From assembly GCF_006345805.1 (NCBI RefSeq), contig NC_043015.1:4092001-4156000 (forward strand): 64,000 nucleotides of DNA. The letters are read 5' to 3'. Shown one piece after another: positions 15,330-28,038 of this stretch. Both the position numbers and the translations under genes were made by a program. The notes under the pieces are model-generated. The model did no database searches and was not told where the DNA came from. It was given only the letters and a program-made list of their open reading frames with translations. This stretch comes from Octopus sinensis. Its lineage: Eukaryota. The first letter of the stretch is position 1, and each line of letters opens with the position of its first letter.

Positions 15330-16000
15330 ACTTTAAAATGATGTTAAGCGTAGTCCATGTTGAGTAAGACAGCGTGAGATAGCACGGGATTTATGGTATA
15401 TGAAATTGTTGCAATATTTATAAGATGAACGGAGGCAACATATGTAGAGATAATTTTTAATTGCTACTTCCCATGCATTGCTTCCTGTCACTCGTCGATT
15501 TTGCACGTTTGTATACATAGCTTTTAATTCGATCAGCCCTTGCGTTGACGGGAAGGGGTCTGATGCAGATGAAATACTCTTCTGTTTGCATAATCAACAG
15601 AGGTGGGATGTTGTCTATACAATCTGCAGGTCAGCTACCACTAGGGTACTGTATAACGTTTATCGGTGCCCACATGCTTGAAATTCATTAAAAGTGTCTA
15701 CTTCTGGTGGCAACAATATAAGAGTTCCCTTCTTACGGTGAACACTATGAGATGGTAGAATAAGTGTAGTCTCTATCGGAGAAACAGTGGGTACTGCACA
15801 TATAGAAAATCCGACGAAGATAGATTTTTGCAGACCAGAGTAGTAACTTCTATGCAAGTACGAGGAGCCTTCCAAGCGACCACTGCCGACGGCAAGGGGG
15901 CTTTAGCGAAGAACGGTTTTAATGTATGTTATGTTACCTTCCCTGAAACCAAACAGCATCATTAAGAAACAAAATGCTAGAATATTCCATCTCCAAGGAC
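15330..16000 (-). pseudogene. Possible highly decayed Helitron/PIF1-type helicase C-terminal relic
   Basis: Weak colinear motifs across frames: VLGDG, ILLPPEVDTFNE, VTGSNAWEVAI, HKSRAIS, TQHGL. Confidence 0.3.
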
Positions 16001-16549
16001 AAATTGGTTAAAACCTGCCTTGGGCATGCGATGATAAGTATAGCTGTCAAAATTTCGTTAAACGATGAATTTCAAATGAACACGATAGCAATCGTTTAAC
16101 TCGCGTTTACCTAAGTACTCCTGTATATTCAATTTATGCGCATAGCAAAAAAGGAAAGACCCTGTACGATTCAAATATTCCCTGCACAAATTTCCGCAAG
16201 GAATATCAGAGGCATCACTCGTGCCCACATATTTTAGCAAGTAATTCTCTCATGTTTAAAAACTATACATATAAATCAAACCCGAGCAGTACTTGTACGC
16301 CATGGGCTGCACATATATTTGTCAAAAAATTCATAATTTAATCTACAGTTATTTATACATTTTACTTATATATGCTCTTTATAGCTACGTCACATTTTTA
16401 CATGATATAATTTGAAAATTAATGTAGAGAAAACAACTAAAAAGCAATTTTAAGTTCAGGCTGAAAAGCTCCCAGATACAACCGCTTTTGCAGATGATAA
16501 AATATATTTTATTTTTAAGGCCTTAATCTACAATATATGTGTACATGTA

Positions 16550-16917
16550 GGCGTAGGAGTGACTGTGTAGTAAGTAATTTGCTTACCAACCACACGGTTC
16601 CGGGTTCAGGCCCATCGCGTGGCACCTTGGGCATGTGTTTTCTACTATAATCTCGGGTTGACAAAAGCCGTGTGAGTGGATTTGGTAGGCGGAAACGGAA
16701 ACAAGCCCGTTGTATATATGTGTGTGTGCGTGTGTGTGTGTGTGTGTACGTATATGTTTTCGTGTCTGTGTTTTCCCCCTTTCCGTCATCGCCTGACAAC
16801 CGATGGTGGTGTGTTTACGTCCCCGTAACTTAGTGGTTCACCAAAAGAGACCGATAGATAAGTAATATGCTTACAAAGAATAAATACCGTTTTGATTTGC
16901 TGGCCAAAAATCGGGGC
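16550..16917 (+). mobile_element. tRNA-derived SINE family A (3' truncated by (TA)n)
   Basis: Head ggcgtaggagtgactgtgtagtaag...ggttccgggttcag; central (TG)n; homologous to 31198-31620. Confidence 0.9.
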
Positions 16918-16956
16918 TATATATATATATATATATGTATTATATATATATGCATG

Positions 16957-17034
<78 letters not shown>

Positions 17035-17747
17035 CACGGTGAGGTATTTATTTAGTTATATGACTTTTAGGAACAGCTATGTTTACAATGCATATGGTTC
17101 ATTTACCTCGTGGGCATACATAAATTTTGAATTCTAATATATTGGCACACCAGGAGAATTCGCCTTCATATTAGATAGCATCTGTATTAAAATTTACATA
17201 ACCACGCGCGCGCTCACACACACACACACACATACAAACACATAGACACACAATTACATATACATATATACTTATATTTATTTACTCAGCTGCCGAATAA
17301 ATTATTCAGATTTTAAAATTGACTCTCAATATACCAATGAATTATGAATCCATTTTTGATTTGTGAAGAAAGGCAATCATGCGATACAGCTTTATATATA
17401 CAGAATAGCTGCAAAATATAAGTAATAAAAATTTTACAACGTGATAATACAATCACAAATGAGTTTCCATCATTTTTACATCCATCCTTAATTTATCCCT
17501 ATCTCCAAACAAGTGATAATGTACAATAGAATGAATATTTTGCCTTTCTTTGAAATCAAATCGTAAGATCACATATTTACGTCTGCTAGACCCAGTAATT
17601 ATCCTTATCTCTCAATGTATGTATCTATCTAGAGCTATAATTATTTCTCGATTCATCTATACACGTTGAAAAACATACACATATAGGTATCTATAGATAT
17701 ATATGCTCAAAATCACAAACAATTGATAATGCTTATATAGGTGTATG

Positions 17748-17952
17748 TGGAGGCACATGATCTAGTGGTTAGAGCAGCGAACCTGCAGGAAGGGGATCGC
17801 GAGTTCGAATACCAGAACGGGCAATGTGTGTGTTTATGAGTAAAAACACCAAAGCTCCAAGCGGCTGCGGCAGAAAGTAATGGCAAACTGCTGACAATTT
17901 CGCTACAATTTTCACTCACTCTTTCCTCCTGCATCTTGCATTCACCTGCGAC
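17748..17952 (+). mobile_element. SINE family C, 5' two-thirds, joined to a Penelope-like fragment
   Basis: tggaggcacatgatctagtggttag...gagttcgaatacc; matches the reverse complement of the 26547-26846 copy up to cacctgcga. Confidence 0.8.
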
Positions 17953-17953
17953 A

Positions 17954-19420
17954 GGAATTGCAATGGAAACCAGAGCTGCTCCACTGATTGCAAACCTTGT
18001 AATGCACTGCCTAGAACTTAAGTTATACCAAGCATCACTGGAAAAATATGGTGCCTCATTTAATTGTTATTTAAAGGAGAACTGGAAGAGGTATTTGGAT
18101 GAGTGCTTCATACTTTGGAAAGACAGCATGGTACACACTCCTCGATTTCAAAATAATGCTTAACAACATCAACAACAACATACAATCAGCATGTAACACA
18201 ACGGTAAACAACTCCTTTTTCTTGACATCCTAATTAAAAAAGTTAACAACCACATCGAAACAGACATCTTTTATAAACCCACAGATTCTAAACAATATAT
18301 ATTATTTAATCTTGCCAACCCAAACACATAAAAATTAATATACCTTTTAATCTAGCGAAAAGAATCTGTACCATAGATTCGGGTACCTATACTCGTGAAC
18401 AAAGACTCCTTGAACTTAGATCAACACTAATTATCCAATCTCATTAATATATGATGGCATTACACGAGCTAAGGAAATAGATATACCCATATTAAAGGAA
18501 GACAACCGAAAAACTAGGGCAGACTTAAAAATACTCCCGTACATTTCCACACATAACCCTAGAAACAACGAAGCCTTCAACATTATCACCCGAAATCTTC
18601 TCATCCTTACAGGAGTCAAAACAATGAACGAAATTTTAAGCTCATAATAAATTATAAAAAGCAAAATGCAACCGAAGTCACTGAAAATAATATTAACCAA
18701 CGCAAAGCTATAACCACTAACAACAGAGCTAAAAGTGAAAAAGTGTGGCCGCCCTAACTGTGGAACGTGCCCCCACCTTTTAGAGGGTTCAGAATTCCAC
18801 TTTAAACAAGGTGAAATATTTACGATCAAATCAAATTTCACCTGTACCTCGGAAAGTCTAATCTATGACATGACGTACTTAGGATGTGGTAACAACTATA
18901 TTGGACAAATAGCAATGTCACTCCGTCGAAGAACCACTATCCGCAATGAACAAATCTGCCACCCACAATCCAGATAGTTACAGGTTAGTGAACACATAGA
19001 AAGGTGTGTTAGGAATCAAAACCATAATTTCCAAATTTTCCCCTTCTATCAATTTTCACAGAACACCTCAATCCAACAAAGAATGAAAACAGTGGCAACT
19101 TTCATCAATACAAAATTTCCCCAACTACATATGAACACATGACATAATACAGAACACTACTAACCCTTCAATTAATACCACGAACCCCCATAGATCACTT
19201 ACACTATCAACATTACAATTCTATATCTAACCTAATTGCACCAAATCCAGAACTACTTAGCTCCCTTACAAATAATCTATTAACTCAGGAACTGTTAGAC
19301 CTGACACCGATCATTAACCGGTGTTCATTCATAGCAATGAATAGTAACTTACGAAACCGCGGTATGCTTGAATCTCTTCAATAATCTCATAATAATGACT
19401 TTTATTTATGGCTTTTATTA
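17954..19420 (+). mobile_element. 5'-truncated Penelope-like retroelement: RT C-terminal part plus GIY-YIG endonuclease, pseudogenised
   Basis: GIAMETRAAPLIANLVM, WKRYLDECFILW, FLDILIKK..ETDIFYKPTDSKQY, KCGRPNCGTCP, FTCTSESLIY..GC.NNYIGQ; contains stops and frameshifts. Confidence 0.92.
19333..19368 (+). ncRNA. Decayed minimal hammerhead ribozyme in the Penelope 3' region
   Basis: agca-ATGAATA-gtaa.c.ttac-GAAAC-cgcg-GTA-tgct; palindromic stem III accgcggt; two core substitutions. Confidence 0.55.
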
Positions 19421-19582
19421 CTTTTTTTCCTACCTAAGTTCATCTAATTGTATATATTTGTCGTTCCCTTTCATAAAAGGCCTTTACTTTTTTATTTACA
19501 ATGTGCATTTTTGTTGATTTTTCTTACTTCCCCCTTACATTACCACGTGCATTTTCTAGTTTCTTTTGTAACATATTTCTAT

Positions 19583-19620
<38 letters not shown>

Positions 19621-20522
19621 CTACACACCCGCACACTCACAATAACAGACACATGCATGTGCGCGAGCAAGCTGACTTGGGAGATCGACAGATGAATGGA
19701 CACAAGGTACATATATATATATATATATACATATGATCACTAAATAGGACGATGCAATTATGATAGAGAAATCTCCGTTGAAAACGAGCAGGCGACTGAC
19801 TTAACGATTTGTTTCTCTTGACACCATTGTAATGCTAATCGAAAATACATACTCGTTAGATTGATAATGATTTTTGTGGTGGTGTCCCAGCATGATGATG
19901 GCCATAGGGCTGAAAGATATACGAGAATAACGGAATAAAATGATATCTAAAGTTTTATATAATTTGTCACGAAATATGTGATATCTGATAATGGAGTATG
20001 AATGTTTATTATAATTTTATTTTTATTTCCAAGTTTGTGTTTCCCTTTCATACTTTCGGTGTCAATAAAATGTGTATCGAATGTAACCAATTTGCTCCAA
20101 TCCCCAAAACTACTGACCTCCTGCCGCAATTTGAAACAAAAATGTTTCCTGTTGTCAGACATATTGTTTGTGGTTTGATATATTTCATAAATAAACTCTC
20201 TTTATTGTTCCAATAATCTCTTCCCCTCTCCCCACACTCGTCGCTCTTATTTATAAGGTAGTCTATCTACCTATCTATCCTATCTATCTGCTATCTATCT
20301 ATCTGCTATCTATCTATCTGCTCTTCTTGTCTGCGTTCCCTCTATTTATCTGTGAATTTATCTATGTGTCTGTCTGCCGAACTACCTATCTATCTATCTA
20401 TTTGCCTATCTGTCTTTCTAGCAGCACAAATATAGTAGGGTTCATTTGCGAAGATTTCTATCGATAACACCTCGTAGAATGTTCAATCATGAAGAATGTA
20501 TAATGGCATTACATATATACAC

Positions 20523-20561
<39 letters not shown>

Positions 20562-20562
20562 A

Positions 20563-20682
<120 letters not shown>

Positions 20683-21418
20683 CATATATGTATAGTTGTA
20701 TATATATATATATACATATAACTATATATGTATATATTGTGTTTCAGTGCCTCTTTCTATCGCTCATTGCTGGTTAATAACTTATGTGTATATATATGTG
20801 TGTGGGTGTATGCGTGCGCGTGTTCAAGTGTTTGTGTGCTCGTGTATCTATGTATGTATGCGTAGGCTTAGCGTGTGATTTAAGATTTCAAGAATTTTAC
20901 ATACGGTGAGAATGTTGATGAGTGAGATAAAGGGAAACACAAGGAAATACACTTAACGTATGCTTCTCCTATTAATAAAACACGTTGTTTCAATTCCACT
21001 AAAAATAAAAAAAAATTCCTAAGAATATCCTCCTCTGTTTTTACTGAAATTTGCCGGTAACATTATTATTCTGTATTTGAAATCTCACCTATCTAGCACC
21101 TGTTGATAAATATAATCTGTAGATAGGAAGGTTCACAATATTAACTTATGACAATCAATCAGGGCATGACAGCTACACAATTTTACTGAAATTTTCCAGT
21201 AGGCTTGTTTCTATTTGCATAACTTCTATAAGCAATTGGATTTTCCCAGCATATGAGATGGATATTTTCAGGAATGGAAATAAACATTGCGTGAGAGAAT
21301 TTACTTACATTAAGGAAAACCAGAAAACCGAGAAATAAAATGAAAAGTTGCGGCGAAATAAGAATTATTTTATATAAAATATTTTATAGTTGCAGAAAAC
21401 AGGGTAGTAACAGCAATA

Positions 21419-21438
21419 TTGATAGTAATAATAATAAT

Positions 21439-21485
<47 letters not shown>

Positions 21486-21681
21486 ATAGTAGTAGTAGTA
21501 ATAGTAGTAGTGGTGGTGGTAGCGGTGGTGGTGGTGGTTTCAGTAGCAGTAGTAGTAGCATCAACAGCAGTAGTAGTATTATTAGTAGTAATAGTAGTAG
21601 TAATAATAGTAGTAGTAGCATTATTATTATTATTACTATTATTATTATTAATTTTTTTAGTAGTTGTTGTAGTAGTAGTAA

Positions 21682-21722
<41 letters not shown>

Positions 21723-21730
21723 TAGTAGTG
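21419..21730. repeat. Compound trinucleotide microsatellite (AGT/AAT/GGT/ATT)
   Basis: Visible directly; explains the poly-S, poly-V and poly-L ORFs. Confidence 0.95.
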
Positions 21731-21774
21731 TTATTGTTGCTGGTGGAGTTGCGAGATTCATAGAAATATAAACT

Positions 21775-22158
21775 ACTAGCAGTATCGCCCGGCGTTGCTC
21801 AGGTTTGTAAGGGAAATAACTATAAAGCATTTTTAGAGAGTTATAGCCAAAAAATAGCAAAAAAAATGGAAAAAAATGATGGTAAATTTTTTTTTAGTTA
21901 AAAAAGGTGGAGTTGCGTCCCCTAGACAGTTTGCGGTTTGTGTCTCTAATTCTCGACCCCATGTCGAATTTATCGTTTTTTTCAGAACTGGGGGAACTTT
22001 TCAAAATTTTCGCTGCGTTAGTTTTGAATTATGACATTGGGCTATGTGTGTGTCAAGTTTCATCAGAATCGGTTGAAAGCCGTGGTCAGGGTGAGGGTAC
22101 AAGCAAACAGACACACAGAAACACGCACAGACAAACTGCCGTTTATATAGAGAGAGAT
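21775..22158 (+). mobile_element. Non-autonomous Helitron-like element
   Basis: Starts actagcagtatcgcccggcgttgctcagg with a subterminal hairpin-like motif; has gtttcatcagaatcggttg..., an ACAG/CA-rich tract and ends tttatatagagagagat, the layout typical of short invertebrate Helitron derivatives. Confidence 0.6.
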
Positions 22159-22557
22159 TACGAAAATGTAAAAGACAAATTGATATTACATGTCTAAGAT
22201 TGAAAATATATTGTAACATATAAGGCAAGAAATCTTATGACTAGGGAAATTGCTAAATGTGCTTTACTCACAAGAGACCGCAGAAAAATCTGTTTGCCCA
22301 GACAGATGAAGATGGCAGATGTAAAATCATATTCTGGTTATCACGAAGTTTGTCAAGTTAAAAAGAAAAATAATCAAGTTATGATATGCAGCTTGAGAAA
22401 TGAAGTTATGTACAAAATGGAGTGCTGTTCCTGAAAGATACAACGTAATCATAATCTACAAAAAATAAGAAAGAGAATCATAAATAACAAAATACATATG
22501 GAACATCTACTTAAAAGACAGTGCAACATATGTGGTATGTTACATACATATGTGTGA

Positions 22558-22590
<33 letters not shown>

Positions 22591-22676
22591 TATTTGAGAC
22601 AAAACCACTATTTTGCAAACAAACAAGGAAAGACTTAATTAATACATAAAATTTTAATAAATAGTCAAAAAAACCG

Positions 22677-22717
22677 CCACTACATCGTTTCTGTCTTGAT
22701 CGACAATCTTCAGGTGG
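22677..22717 (-). ncRNA. Minimal type-I hammerhead-ribozyme motif
   Basis: Minus strand: ccac-CTGAAGA-t.tgtc.gatcaa.gaca-GAAAC-gat-GTA-gtgg. Confidence 0.65.
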
Positions 22718-22758
22718 ACTTCCAATAATTCAGTGTAAATTTGACACTGAATTATGGA

Positions 22759-22803
22759 GCCACCTGAAGAATGTCGATCAAGACAAGAAACGATTGTAGT
22801 GGC
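22759..22803 (+). ncRNA. Minimal type-I hammerhead-ribozyme motif
   Basis: gccac-CTGAAGA-a.tgtc.gatcaa.gaca.a-GAAAC-gatt-GTA-gtggc. Confidence 0.65.
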
Positions 22804-22997
22804 GGTTTTTTTGACTATTATATTAAAATTTTATGTATTAATTAAGTCTTTCCTTGTTGTTTTGCAAAATAGTGGTTTTGTCTCGAATAATATTATAATA
22901 TTTTAATATAAAATCGATTTAATCCTAAATCTGATTTTTTCCCTGTAAATTTGGATGTATTCCCTAATATTATTAATATATATATATATATATATAT

Positions 22998-23044
<47 letters not shown>

Positions 23045-23055
23045 CATACATATAT

Positions 23056-23298
<243 letters not shown>

Positions 23299-23820
23299 TA
23301 TATATATATATATAAAACTAGAATTTTATTCCAACCGTAATAACAACAAACGTCAATTTTTAAACATTGCTGAGAACGCAAGGTCAATTAATTTGAGATA
23401 TGCTTATGATGTCATATATTGTTCGATATAATAAAGTACTCGTAGAAGCTCCATTTACCCTTGATTAATTGTATGCAACAATAAAATATGGTGGATATTT
23501 AAACTATGATCTCTATCCTCCTCCTCCTCCTCCTCCTCCATTTAACATGATTTTGTTTCCTACTGCATCATCCCGTGTTTCTTGGAGATCCTGCCTTATA
23601 TGGTGTATTATATGAGATTATGTTAGGATTATAGGAGTAGCGAATCGGATGACATCGGTTCTCTTTTGTCGTACAAATAAAGTTCTTAGATACAAACCTA
23701 TTGTTCCAATCTTTGTGTAAAGTGGGTCATGGTATTTTATTAGTCGTTTGTTATTTAAGATAATTATTTGCTTATTTTATAATGTGTGAAAATGTTCTAA
23801 CTACTATTTACATTATCTAT

Positions 23821-24090
23821 ATTTGACGAATATTTTTCCTCGTTTTGTTTATTGTTAACACAACGTTTCGGCTGATATACCCTCCTGTCGTCATATCGCA
23901 TAGTGGTTAAGATCGCTGGCAACTAACCTTAGGAATAAGGACCCAATTTCGAAATTTCCCCAAGACACATGATGAAGGCTGGAGAGTATATGAACCTAAA
24001 CTTTGCGTTAACAACAAACCAGATGGGGAGAAATATCCGTCAAATGTAAATAATATATATAATTCCTCATCTCTGAAATATAGAACTGTA
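23821..24090 (+). mobile_element. Degenerate fold-back element with hammerhead-like relic
   Basis: 23821-23885 is an imperfect inverse of 23980-24045; acac-ATGATGA-aggctgg... on the + strand and cagcc-GAAACGTT-gtgt on the - strand. Confidence 0.6.
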
Positions 24091-24200
24091 CTTCATCTAT
24101 TTTCCTGAATCAATACTTGTTGATCATGCTAGGAAGCACTCTGTACATTTTCAGTACATTTGTGAGCACTGATATGGGTTCAATATCTGTTCCGTTATCT

Positions 24201-24400
24201 AAGGCGGCGAGATGACAGCATCGATAATCCGGCGGTTGAAATACTTAGTTTCTCTCCACGCTCCGAGTTCAAATTCGGCGAAATCGGCATTGCCTTTCAT
24301 CAATTGGTTTCGAGAAAATAAGCACAATTCGAATACTGGGATCGTTTTAATAGACTTACCCTACCGCTGAAATTGTTGACATTGCGACAAAATTGTCATT
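24201..24400 (+). mobile_element. Degenerate SINE family B copy
   Basis: aaggcggcgagatgacag...ccgagttcaaattc...ttgcctttcatc. Confidence 0.6.
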
Positions 24401-24684
24401 AATGTTTTCATATCAGAGGGAAATTCAAATATTTTCTAATGAAAGGATTAGATCATTATTTAAAATACCGGTCTTATCAGGTGGCTAGCATGGGAAAAAT
24501 CATGAAATGTAATAATTAATTATTAACATAATAAATAAGGGTATCTAAAACATACAACCACGCTAGAAATAGCAGCCAAAACTTGACTCTAAAACAATAT
24601 TAAATGTCCATACAGTACCAGGAAAGAAGAAAAAGAGACAAAATAAACATATATATGCACATATATTTAATTATTCGTATGATG

Positions 24685-24748
<64 letters not shown>

Positions 24749-26546
24749 ATTTATATGCTGTTTACGTTTATTCCACTCATGAAGGCAAAGCATTTCATAT
24801 GCAGAGCATGAAAACCGGGATCCAGACTTATCTAGTATTTTTTGGGCTTGTTTATTTTGTCTCTTTGTCTCCTCTCCTGGTGCCGTGTGAACATTCAATG
24901 TGGTTTCAGAGTCAAGTTTCGACTGCTAATTCTAGCAAACAATGACTCAAAAGATGTGAGGGAATGAGCTTTGAATGAACATCACAGATTTGCCCCATCG
25001 AAAAATATAACATAAATAAATAAATAATAAAATCTCCTTTGCATTTGATTCTTCAAATCTCGACATGCTCATGTATAATATATATTTATAATATCTACAT
25101 ACTATATCTTCTAAAACACAACTGTACTGTACATTAATTTTAAAATTATATAAAGTGCTCTTCCTAGTAATATAATGGGCATATTGAGATAATCTTTAAA
25201 TATTTGTTCATGTAATACAATCTAATTCATATTGCAAACACATAGACAATTATATCCAGTTCAACTGTTTGCCAATTGGTATAGAGTATATGTGTATGTT
25301 GTTGGGCTGGAGAGACTGAGAGATGGCCGGGAAGAAAGGTAAGGTATTTCTGATAATTTCCGCTTGTATTGAAGGATCCAATTCCGCCGGAATTATATTT
25401 CACGGGCCTTTTATTTGCCTAAGAAGTATAAAAGAAACCATTTCAATTCAGTCGATTAGCTACATTCACTTCAATTCTTATTGCTTTTGCCAAGAGAATA
25501 GATCAATATTTATACATTATTTAAAAGCAATTTAAATTATCTTGATTATATTCTATCATTTATTGTCTACATTCAAACTGTCTGTAAACTTTTTATATAA
25601 TTTCCCTCATTCTAAAGCAGAAAATATCATAATTGCTAGTTAAACCGTTTATGATATATTAAGAATATACGAAAATAGAAAAAGAAATATAGTTTTATTT
25701 CTTTTCATTATGTTATATACGTTCTGCTACATAGATTTGAGTTGTAATTTATTGTCCATAAATATTATCCTGAGATGTATGTGCCACGCTATGATTGCTA
25801 ATAATATAAAAATAAACAAATGTATTCAGTGAACTGTTGCATGTAAAGTTCTTTAAAATATATATAAAAATGTGATGATAAATTGTCAATAATTCAGTAA
25901 ACATAGAAGAACCTGTGGTTTGGAATTAGATTTTATAGAGCATAGAATATATATTGTATGAAAATATATGTTTTTAAACCTTGGAAACCTATAATTCTAT
26001 TCAAAGAGAGGTAATAATTACATTTGAAGTAATATCTTTAAAAAAAACATGCATTTCAAAACAGTAATAATTCGAGAATTTATGCTTATAGCTTTAAAAG
26101 CAGAATTAACTATTTTTTCACCATTTTTCACGAAAAAAAAAACATATATTCTCACAAATATATATTTAAACCATTTATAATATGATAATATTGTGCTTAT
26201 GCATTTGACGTAATGAAATATATTTTAGATTACCAGCAATATTGAAAATATATATTGATTTCGGATTTTAACCTTTATGAAATAGTCGGTTTTATAGTCA
26301 TATCTTAAATGCGTCAACTTTCAAAGTGAATATGTTATTCATTCTGTTTTAAAATATTTGATTGTAAAGAATATTGCCGGGTCATTCATATGAAGAAGTA
26401 TCCTTTAAACGGAGATAATATGATACTGAATTGGAAAGAACTACATCAATTTTAAATTCTATTGATTTTTAAGGAAATTAATTGCTTGCTTTCATATCTG
26501 GGAAACTAAAATAATCCTACGAGATCATTGACCACCATAGGATGAT

Positions 26547-26846
26547 TGTTTGTTCCTTCTCGACCATGCCTGACTCATAATGGATGTTTCCCGGTTTCCT
26601 TGGCGTATAGGTTCTCCGCCTGGACCGGACTACGGTCCCTCGCAGGTGAGCTGCAAGATGCGGGAGGAAAGAGTGAGAGAAATTTGTGGCGAAAGAACCA
26701 GCAGCAGTTCGCCATTACCACCTGTCGGAGCCCAGTAGAGCTCAGGTGTTTCGCTCAGAAACACACACATCACCCCGTCTGAGTGTCGAACCCGCGATAC
26801 CTCGACCGTGAGTCCGCTGTTTTAACCACTAGGCAACGTGACTCCA
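26547..26846 (-). mobile_element. Full-length tRNA-derived SINE family C with 14-bp target-site duplication
   Basis: A/B-box-like head (ctagtggttaa..., gggttcgacactc); TSD caccataggatgat (26533-26546) / caccataggaagat (26847-26860). Confidence 0.9.
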
Positions 26847-27861
26847 CACCATAGGAAGATAAACATACAGAAATATACACAATAGCACACCCGAACACGC
26901 ACGTCAAAAATATACTTTCACCTAATACCATCTTCATTACATAGACAATACGGCCGTCGATAGGAACGGGAGTTATTCACGACTAAAATGCGTTCATGAT
27001 TGCTTTATCCTGGTCTCTTCACAATGCATTGCTCCGTCATGCTTCCTCCATTTTGAACGATAAATAATTCCTCCTAAATAAGTAGGGAAGTATAGATATA
27101 GAGACTGCTAACCCGAATGATTGAGTGGCAGAAAATTACAGCCAAAGAAAAATTCCCATGAAGCAGGGGTAAATTTAGATTAGCTAAATTATCATTTCTC
27201 TAAACCTGTCTAAATAGTATTGGGCAATGGACGATATATGCACGTCCAGTGCATACATGGAACGCTAATTACAAGACACATATATGAACGCGAACACGAA
27301 CACTAATTACTGGAAACATACATGAAGCAGTGCAACATATATTTTGCTGCACGATGAAGTTACTCCGTATATCATACTTCTGCAAATTGTCGAAAATTAA
27401 TTTATATAGGCAGATTTTGAGAAATTATATTCATTATTTGAAAAAAATTAGAAAGAAGTGAATGGGATTAAGCCATATCAAATTCTTTTCCATTTGGGAT
27501 AACATGAAAATATGCACAGCGTTGATAAGAAGAAAACGAATAGGTGTTGCATACTAATTACCACTGACATCATAGATTTACATATTTTCATATTAATAAA
27601 TACTGTCTTGTCAGTTAATAAATGTATTAATCTAAGCTCTGCTATGTTGAACAAATTTGAGATAAGCATAGAGCTATTAATGCAAATTTGGAATTAAGTT
27701 AAGACGTGAATAGAAAACACTTTGGCGTGTATTTAATTCCCTGAATATACGCGTCTTAAGTTTTTACACTATATATCTGTGTGTGCATGAGTGTATTTAT
27801 ATGTTTATAATTATATCACATACACACGAAGACGCACACATGAAGGTATATACATATATAT

Positions 27862-27907
<46 letters not shown>

Positions 27908-27975
27908 ATATATAAAGACATACGTACGTGCACATATACAGTGTATATTTATATATATATATATATATATTTATA

Positions 27976-28038
<63 letters not shown>

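Larger units (their letters stand above)
22587..22893. mobile_element. ~307-bp fold-back element (150-bp arms, 7-nt loop) adjacent to (TA)n
   Basis: Arms 22587-22736 and 22744-22893 are near-perfect reverse complements. Confidence 0.9.

Noticed and set aside
21370-21763. Ser-rich 114-aa and Leu/Val-rich ORFs
   Set aside because: Open in several frames purely because of the AGT/AAT repeats
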